A DNA stretch of 64,000 nucleotides from Vulcanimicrobiota bacterium. GTDB taxonomy: Bacteria; Vulcanimicrobiota; Vulcanimicrobiia; Vulcanimicrobiales; Vulcanimicrobiaceae. Positions 57,936 to 64,000 of the stretch are shown piece by piece; positions within the stretch are counted from its first letter, which is position 1; every line of letters starts with the position of its first letter. Below the pieces are notes generated by a model, which did no database searches, was not told the origin of the DNA, and worked only from the letters and a program-made list of their open reading frames with translations. The translations under genes and the position numbers were made by a program. The DNA is taken from the NCBI GenBank assembly GCA_963714015.1, contig OY970223.1:832001-896000 (forward strand), in the 5' to 3' direction.

Positions 57936-58071
57936 CTTCGACGCCATTAACGCCCGATGCGGCCCGACGAGGGCCGGACGGGCTCACCGACGGCCGGCTG
58001 CTTGTGCCCGGGCGCCGGACGGCTAAGCAAGCCAAACGGGGAAGAACGAGGGCGAGGAGAATCGTGGCCGG

Positions 58072-58635
58072 ATGCAATCAGTCGAAGGGAAACGTATCGC
58101 CGCGCTCGTCGGTGATGGTTATGAAGAAGCCGAACTCGTGGAGCCCCGCCGCGCGCTCGAGGAAGCGGGCGCCATTGTGACTATTGTCGGACTTGACGAG
58201 AAAGCGCGGCAGAAGATTCGGGGCAAGCGCGGCCTCGACGACGGCGGCTCGGTCCGGGCCGAGGAGCTGGTGGCCGACGTGACCGCCGAGGATTTCGACG
58301 CGCTGCTGATTCCGGGCGGGTCTTCACCCGACCATATCCGGATGAACAAGGAAGTACAGCGCTTCGTTCGCGAGTTCGATGCCGCCAAGAAGCCGATGTT
58401 CGTCATTTGTCACGGACCGCAGGTCTTGATTTCGGCGCAGATCGTGCGCGGTCGGCAGCTGACGGGAGTGAACGCGATTTCGGACGATATCCGCAATGCC
58501 GGCGGGCTGTACCGCGATCAGCCGGTCGTTCAGGACAGCAACTGGGTGACCTCGCGCACACCCGAGGATCTGCCGCAATTCAACCGCGCCCTGCTCGAGA
58601 AGCTCGCGACGGCGACGCCGGTACAGCCGGTCTAA
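58072..58635 (+). CDS. PfpI/DJ-1 family protein (type 1 glutamine amidotransferase-like)
   Basis: GYEEAE; DFDALLIPGG; ICHGP; VTSRTPEDL. Confidence 0.95.
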   Translation: MQSVEGKRIAALVGDGYEEAELVEPRRALEEAGAIVTIVGLDEKARQKIRGKRGLDDGGSVRAEELVADVTAEDFDALLIPGGSSPDHIRMNKEVQRFVREFDAAKKPMFVICHGPQVLISAQIVRGRQLTGVNAISDDIRNAGGLYRDQPVVQDSNWVTSRTPEDLPQFNRALLEKLATATPVQPV

Positions 58636-59225
58636 ACCTCCAGCGGGTCGTACCGCGCCAGCGCCTCGCCATATTGGCGAAGCGCGACAAAGCCGGCGAA
58701 AATGCAAACGCTCATCGCTAACGCGATGGGCGTTTTGCTTAGACCAAAGGCTGCGGCCGGCACGATGCACGCACTCGCGATCGCTCACGTACCGCGCTCC
58801 GGCCGAACGTACGGTGGCGGATAGTGCGATCAGTGCCGCATCGTTGACGGCAAACAGGCTCAGCGCAACCGGCTCGGCAGCCGCGATGCCCAAAGAATTC
58901 GGCGACGATCCAGTACGCCGCCACGGCGAGCGTGACCACGACGCACGGAACCAGCGCCGTTGCGCGCGCAAGTTCGCGACCGAAAAGCGGCGCACTTTGT
59001 TCGCAGAGTTCGATCTCGCGAAAGCGCCCGTAACCACGCTGCAGAAGCGCAACTGCGATCGCGCAGAGCGAGCCGAAGACGGCGCAGCCGACGAGTTGCG
59101 CGGCAGCGTCGTCGTAACGCTGCACGTAACCCAGCAAAGCGCACGCACTTATACAGAGCACCGCGATTTGCAGTTCCTTGTGCAGACCGCGTCGAAACGA
59201 TCGCTATCGTCGCTGCGCTGCGCAT
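58632..59225 (-). pseudogene. Membrane protein (putative permease partner), multiply frameshifted
   Basis: Hydrophobic segments spread over frames: ISACALLGY...SAPLFGRELARATALVP...; LSLFAVNDAALIALSAT; ...FAGFVALRQYGEALARYDPLEV*. Shifts near 59180, 58890 and 58785. Confidence 0.55.
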
Positions 59226-59788
59226 TACGCCCGTACCAGCCCGGCGGATTCAAATCGCTCCGCATCCTGGGATGAGACGTGCGTCGTAAAGATCGCGCAG
59301 TCTCCCGCCGCGCTTAGGATCTGTCGCGCATAGACCGCTTGCGGTCGATCCAAGACGAGGAGTTGCGGCGCGGCGAGCAACGCCCCGGCGAGCGGATATG
59401 CGAACTGTTCGTGCACGCCTTCCAGCATCGCGAGCAGCGAGCGTCCCCGCACGATGGCCTGTGCGCGAGGCAATCCCCACAATGCCGCGCGATACTCGAC
59501 GTACTTGGCAAAGGATGAGAAATCGTGCGCATGCGCTTCATGGGCTACGAACCCCGTTATGCTCTTGACTTGCACCGGCTGAATGCGCGGATCGAATGCT
59601 CCCACAAAGACCGTGCCTGCGGTCGCGCGCACCAGACCCGCCGCCATCATCGCAACAACGGACGCAGCGCGAGGGTCTCGACACGCGTAGGCGAGTTGCG
59701 ATCGTTCCGCCAATGCGAGCGTCACCGGTCCGGCGATGCGTTTTCCGCGGAACGTATACTCGGCGTCCCGCATTTCCAGAATTGCCAC
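59225..59788 (-). CDS. Degenerate ABC nucleotide-binding-domain protein
   Basis: ABC-like scaffold (AGLVRATAGTVFV, GFV, LAGALLAAPQLLVLDRP, IFTTH) lacking Walker A, the signature motif and the catalytic Glu. Confidence 0.7.
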   Translation of the reverse strand: MAILEMRDAEYTFRGKRIAGPVTLALAERSQLAYACRDPRAASVVAMMAAGLVRATAGTVFVGAFDPRIQPVQVKSITGFVAHEAHAHDFSSFAKYVEYRAALWGLPRAQAIVRGRSLLAMLEGVHEQFAYPLAGALLAAPQLLVLDRPQAVYARQILSAAGDCAIFTTHVSSQDAERFESAGLVRA

Positions 59789-59791
59789 CGG

Positions 59792-60895
59792 TTATTCCAC
59801 TGCCTGCAGCCGCGGATTGGGACGTTCGGGTCTTCCGACTTTATGACATTCGCGCCAAGCTTGGTCTTGCATCAAAGCGACGATGTCGGCGGTGAAGTCG
59901 AACTCTCCGGCGCGAGCGAAGAACGCGCTTCCCACGGCGTACGCGTCGACGGGAACGCGATCGCGCTGAAATTCACCGATCTTCTGCGGAGTGAATCCAC
60001 CGCTCACGACGATCTTTACGTTGCTGAATCCTTGCCCGTCCAATGCACGACGCACGTTGAAGACGAGCTGCGGATTGACGCCCGTGGGTTTGAACGTGCC
60101 CATCATGTTCCACAACGATTCGTCGACGAGCGTACCGGAGGTGTCGAGCCGCACGCCCCACAAACGGTCGCCCAAGGCACGCGCGACGGCAAGCGTCGTG
60201 CCGACGCAATCGTTGTCGAAGTCCACGAGCGAAATCACGTTAATGCCGGGATCGACGAATTCGCAAAATTTCTTGGTTGCGAGCACCGTGTCGCCGCCGT
60301 ACGCGGCGATCAGCGCATGCGGGACGGTTCCCATGCCCCGCGCGCCCCACCACTCCGCATTGGCATCGGTCGAGACGCCGAGCGCGCCGGATATGTACGC
60401 GGCGTAACCATCGCCGGTCTGCACCAAGTGATGATCGAAGCGCGCCGGAAAGAACAGCACTTGCTTACCCGCGGCAGCCTGCACGATCTCGCGCGCATTC
60501 GTGGCGATGCGCGTGCGCCGCGCCAGCACGCCCAAATAGCACGTCTCCAAATGTGCGAAAAGGGTGTAGTCGCCTTCGATCGTCAGCACCGTTTCGTACG
60601 GTTCGATCGGGTCGCCGTCGTAGAGGGCCTTTACCCGCAAGCTCGGCCAGCCTTCTTCCCAATCTCCCGAAGGCAAATGCCGGCCCGAGCACAAGCGTAA
60701 AATCGCGATTGCCTCGTCGATGCCGCAAAGAATGGAGCTGCCGCGCTGAAAGACTTGCATTCGCACTGCCGGCCGGTGCCGGTCGCGTTCCAGAATCTCG
60801 CGCGTACGGTTGAAGTACGCGTCCGAATAGTACCCTTCGCGCATCTTCTCGACGGGCAGATTAAAGATCTCCGCTCGCAGCCGCTCTTTTTGCAT
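59792..60895 (-). CDS. Nicotinate/quinolinate phosphoribosyltransferase-family protein
   Basis: YSDAYF; FPARFDH; GTVPHALI; LVDFDND; GVRLDTS; IVVSGG; YAVGS. Confidence 0.88.
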   Translation of the reverse strand: MQKERLRAEIFNLPVEKMREGYYSDAYFNRTREILERDRHRPAVRMQVFQRGSSILCGIDEAIAILRLCSGRHLPSGDWEEGWPSLRVKALYDGDPIEPYETVLTIEGDYTLFAHLETCYLGVLARRTRIATNAREIVQAAAGKQVLFFPARFDHHLVQTGDGYAAYISGALGVSTDANAEWWGARGMGTVPHALIAAYGGDTVLATKKFCEFVDPGINVISLVDFDNDCVGTTLAVARALGDRLWGVRLDTSGTLVDESLWNMMGTFKPTGVNPQLVFNVRRALDGQGFSNVKIVVSGGFTPQKIGEFQRDRVPVDAYAVGSAFFARAGEFDFTADIVALMQDQAWRECHKVGRPERPNPRLQAVE

Positions 60896-60979
60896 TCTGT
60901 ATGGTAATAGGACGTGGGAGGCGCCGGGTCTTGCCGGAACGGCGGACCGGGGGGCCGCAGCGCCGAAGCGTCGGCCCAG

Positions 60980-62707
60980 ATGACCAATACCGAGATCGCG
61001 CAGCTGCTGATGCGGATGCGCACGCTGATGGAACTCTCCGGCGAGTCGTTCTACAAATTCATGGCCTACGAGCGCGCCGCTTCGGCAATTGAAAACGCCG
61101 CGCCGCTCGGCGATCTCATCGCCGCAGGACAGTTGACCACGCTCCCCGGTATCGGCAAGTCGATCGGCGCCACGATCGAAGAGATCGCCGGAACGGGGAC
61201 GTGCGCATACTACGAGCAGCTGCAGCAGCGCTACCCGGCCACGATTTTTGAAGTGCTGGGGGTCTCAGGCATCGGCATCAAGACGGCCGCCATGCTGTTC
61301 GATCAATTCCAAATCGGTTCGCTCGCCGATTTGGAGCGCGCTATCGACGACGGCGTCCTCGAAGCGGCGCCGCGCATGGGGAAGAAGACCGTCGACAACA
61401 TCCGCCGCGGCATTCTCGCCTACCGCGGCCGGCAGCGCCGCACGCCGCTTGCACGGGCGCTGCGCACGGCGCGCGAAGTCATGGCGTTCCTGCAAAACGG
61501 GCCGCCGCTTCAACGGCTGACCTACGCGGGTAGTCTGCGCCGCGCGGAAGTAACGGTCGGCGACATCGACGTCATCTGCACGTCGGACGAAGCGGCCGCC
61601 GTCGTCGAGCGATTCGTCAGCTGGGATCGCGCGCGCGCCGTGCTCGCCGAAGGGCCCACCAAGGGCAGTATTTGGCTCGAAGACGGCTTGCAGATCGATC
61701 TGCGCGTGCTGCCCGATCATCTCTACGGAAACTTGCTGCAGCATTTCACCGGCAGCCGGGAGCACAACATCCAATTGCGCGAATACGCAGTGCGGCAGGG
61801 ACTGCGTGTGAGCGAGAACGGGATCTTGCGCTTGGAGAATGGTGAAGTGATCACGTGCCGCGACGAAGACGGCGTGTACGAAGCGCTCGGCATGCAGTAC
61901 ATTCCGCCTGAATTGCGCCAAGGCATGGGCGAGGTCGATTCGGCTTTACGCCGCCAGATTCCGCGCCTGATTGAATCGAGCGATATTTGCGGTGATTTCC
62001 ATATGCATTGCACGTGGAGCGACGGCCGGCAATCTTTGGAAGAAATGGTGCAAGCCGTCGCCAAGCGCGGATACCAATATCATTCGATCAGCGACCATTC
62101 GCAGGGGCGCGGGAATGCTTTCGGCTTGACGCCGGAACGCTTGCGGCAACAGCGCGAAGCGGTACGGGCAATGGGCGATCGCTACGGCGTGCGCACGTTG
62201 TGCAGCAGCGAGGTCGACATTCTGCCCGACGGATCGCTGGATTATTCCGACGAATTGCTTGCCGAATTGGATATCGTCATCGGCAGCGTGCATTCCGCCT
62301 TCAACATCGGACGCGACGCGATGACTGCGCGCTTGATTCGCGCCTGCGAGAATCCATACGTCTCCATTATCGGCCATCCTACGGGACGAATGCTGGACGG
62401 CTTTGCCGGGTACGACTTCGACTACGATGCGGTGTTTGCCGCGGCGGCACGGACGGGGACTGCACTGGAGATCGACGGGCAAGCGATGCGCCTGGATTTG
62501 CCTTCGGCATTAGCGCAGCGCGCAAAAACGTTCGGCGTGGTCTTTGCGACGGACAGCGACGCGCACGACGTAACGCACCTGGAAAATTTGGAACTTGCCG
62601 TATCGCAAGCGCGCCGAGCGGGCTTGACCAAAGACGACGTTCTGAACGCCCGCTCGCTGGAGGGCGTGCTCGCATTCGTGCGCGAAAAACGACAGCGCGC
62701 GGCGTGA
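60980..62707 (+). CDS. polX: DNA polymerase X with C-terminal PHP domain
   Basis: LPGIGK HhH; AGSLRR..VGDID; IDLR; HFTGS; IPPELR; PHP motifs HMH..WSDG, SDHS, GHP, DSDAH. Confidence 0.95.
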   Translation: MTNTEIAQLLMRMRTLMELSGESFYKFMAYERAASAIENAAPLGDLIAAGQLTTLPGIGKSIGATIEEIAGTGTCAYYEQLQQRYPATIFEVLGVSGIGIKTAAMLFDQFQIGSLADLERAIDDGVLEAAPRMGKKTVDNIRRGILAYRGRQRRTPLARALRTAREVMAFLQNGPPLQRLTYAGSLRRAEVTVGDIDVICTSDEAAAVVERFVSWDRARAVLAEGPTKGSIWLEDGLQIDLRVLPDHLYGNLLQHFTGSREHNIQLREYAVRQGLRVSENGILRLENGEVITCRDEDGVYEALGMQYIPPELRQGMGEVDSALRRQIPRLIESSDICGDFHMHCTWSDGRQSLEEMVQAVAKRGYQYHSISDHSQGRGNAFGLTPERLRQQREAVRAMGDRYGVRTLCSSEVDILPDGSLDYSDELLAELDIVIGSVHSAFNIGRDAMTARLIRACENPYVSIIGHPTGRMLDGFAGYDFDYDAVFAAAARTGTALEIDGQAMRLDLPSALAQRAKTFGVVFATDSDAHDVTHLENLELAVSQARRAGLTKDDVLNARSLEGVLAFVREKRQRAA

Positions 62708-63471
62708 GCGCGATTGCGACCGCTCGCATGTCGGGCTACAATGGTGAGACCGTCATTTTTGTGCACGGCGTGGGCTCGACGGCGGCCATTTGGGATTACC
62801 AATTAGAAGCGTTCCGGGATGAATATCGCTGCTTTGCCGTGGAACTTCGCGGCAACGGAGTACCGAAGCCGGAATCGCCCCCGGAATTCATCACGCGCGA
62901 AGGTTTCGTGGAGGACGTGCTCGCGGTCGCCGACGCCGCCGGCGCGCAGCGGTTTCATTACGTCGGCTGCAGTTTGGGCGGCGCGATCGGATTCGAGTTA
63001 TGGAAGAAAGTCCCGCAGCGTATCAAGACGTTGACGTTTGTGGGCAGCTTTGCGTGGTACCCGAACGCACAGCAATATGTCGAGAACGTGATTGCGAGCG
63101 CGCGTGCAGCCGGCACGATGGAAAACTTTGCCCGCGAACGCGTCAAGAAGATCGGCATGCCGCCCGGACGCCGCACCGGCGAGACGATCGATCAAATGGC
63201 GTGCAAGTCCGTTGAGTCGTACGTCGCTTCTACGCGCGCTACGTGGACCGGCGAGTACCGCGACACATTACCGGAGATTGCCGTCCCTACCCTCGTTATC
63301 TGCGGCGAACGGGACACGATCGCGCCCCCTTCGTTTTCCGAGGAGATCGCCGCTGCCGTTCCCGGTGCTCGGCTCGAAATTATTGCCGGCGCCGGTCACG
63401 TAACGAACGCAGACGCGCCCGAAGCGTTCAACCGCGTTCTCGAAGCATTCTTGAGCGAGCGGAGGCGATGA
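62704..63471 (+). CDS. Alpha/beta hydrolase
   Basis: FVHG; GCSLGG; PTLVICGERD; GAGH; GTGA overlap with the polX stop. Confidence 0.9.
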   Translation: MSAIATARMSGYNGETVIFVHGVGSTAAIWDYQLEAFRDEYRCFAVELRGNGVPKPESPPEFITREGFVEDVLAVADAAGAQRFHYVGCSLGGAIGFELWKKVPQRIKTLTFVGSFAWYPNAQQYVENVIASARAAGTMENFARERVKKIGMPPGRRTGETIDQMACKSVESYVASTRATWTGEYRDTLPEIAVPTLVICGERDTIAPPSFSEEIAAAVPGARLEIIAGAGHVTNADAPEAFNRVLEAFLSERRR

Positions 63472-63496
63472 GCGGCGCCGGGCGAACGGCTTGTAA

Positions 63497-64000
63497 ATGA
63501 GCCGCCGAACCGCGCGAATCGCAGCAGTGGCCGTGCTCACCGCGCTCGTCTTCATTCCGACGGGCGTCGACATGGCGTTGCCGTGGCATCCTTGGTCTTG
63601 GTACGGATTTTTCGTCGGCGGCGGTGCGGCGAACGTCGTCACCGCCGACGATGCGTCGCGGACTCAGGGCCTCGAGGTCGGCGACCGGCTCTTGACTCCC
63701 CTGCCCGCGGACGTCATGACGCGCGCGAGAACCTACGGTTTTACGCTGGCGCCCGAAGGGACGCCGGCGGTCGTTCGCGTGCTGCGTTCCGACGGCAGCG
63801 TCCGAACGTTGCGGATCGTCGCGAATACGCAGCCGCGCGACGTGTGGGACAACGTTTCCGTCGAGATTTTGAACGTGAGCACGTGGCTCTTCGTAGGTAT
63901 CGCGGCGGCGCTCGTGCTCGTGCGGCCGCGAACGGCGACCTGGGCGTTTCTCATTTTTGCAATCAGCCTGAGCACGCCGGGAATGCTGGCGTACGAGTAT
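63497..64000 (+). CDS. PDZ-like plus multi-TM membrane sensor, N-terminal part (runs off the window end)
   Basis: Manual translation is open from ATG 63497: MSRRTARIAAVAVLTALVF...GLEVGDRL...WLFVGIAAALVLVRPRTATWAFLIF; same layout as 4585-6345. Confidence 0.7.
   Translation, partial: MSRRTARIAAVAVLTALVFIPTGVDMALPWHPWSWYGFFVGGGAANVVTADDASRTQGLEVGDRLLTPLPADVMTRARTYGFTLAPEGTPAVVRVLRSDGSVRTLRIVANTQPRDVWDNVSVEILNVSTWLFVGIAAALVLVRPRTATWAFLIFAISLSTPGMLAYEY

Noticed and set aside
58021..58045. Possible SigB-type promoter before the PfpI gene (GGCTAA-N12-GGGAAG)
   Set aside because: Both elements match the consensus poorly.

Overview
GC-rich bacterial chromosomal window. The gene inventory (PDZ-7TM-GAF membrane sensors, wHTH/cyclase-TPR regulators, many beta-propeller lipoproteins, futalosine-route mqn genes) is reminiscent of soil Candidatus Eremiobacterota; this is an inference, not a tested assignment. 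Bases 1-8.4 kb form a decayed accessory patch: two paralogous tandem winged-helix pseudogenes, each followed by AT-rich direct repeats, plus a PD-(D/E)XK nuclease-like ORF. Next come a galactofuranose cluster (GH43, GT, glf, GH1) behind a SigB/SigF-type promoter, a TetR/cupin redox module and an orphan CheB/CheR signalling block. Later housekeeping genes include mqnP/mqnL, pnp, ggt, split transketolase, rpsO, a PRTase and polX. The best candidate for an undescribed system is 27.1-35.1 kb. Two unannotated small ORFs (56 aa and 38 aa), 5 kb apart, align end to end and share F-x-G-W-G-P-K-[IV]. One is divergent from a CadC-like wHTH-TM-TPR receptor and is followed by a structured RNA with anti-Shine-Dalgarno loops. 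The other heads a YtrA/GntR-ABC exporter operon. Between them lie an M48 pseudo-peptidase and a MATE exporter. Many accessory genes carry single-base frameshifts, which may be assembly errors. No tRNA, rRNA, CRISPR array or transposase was recognised.
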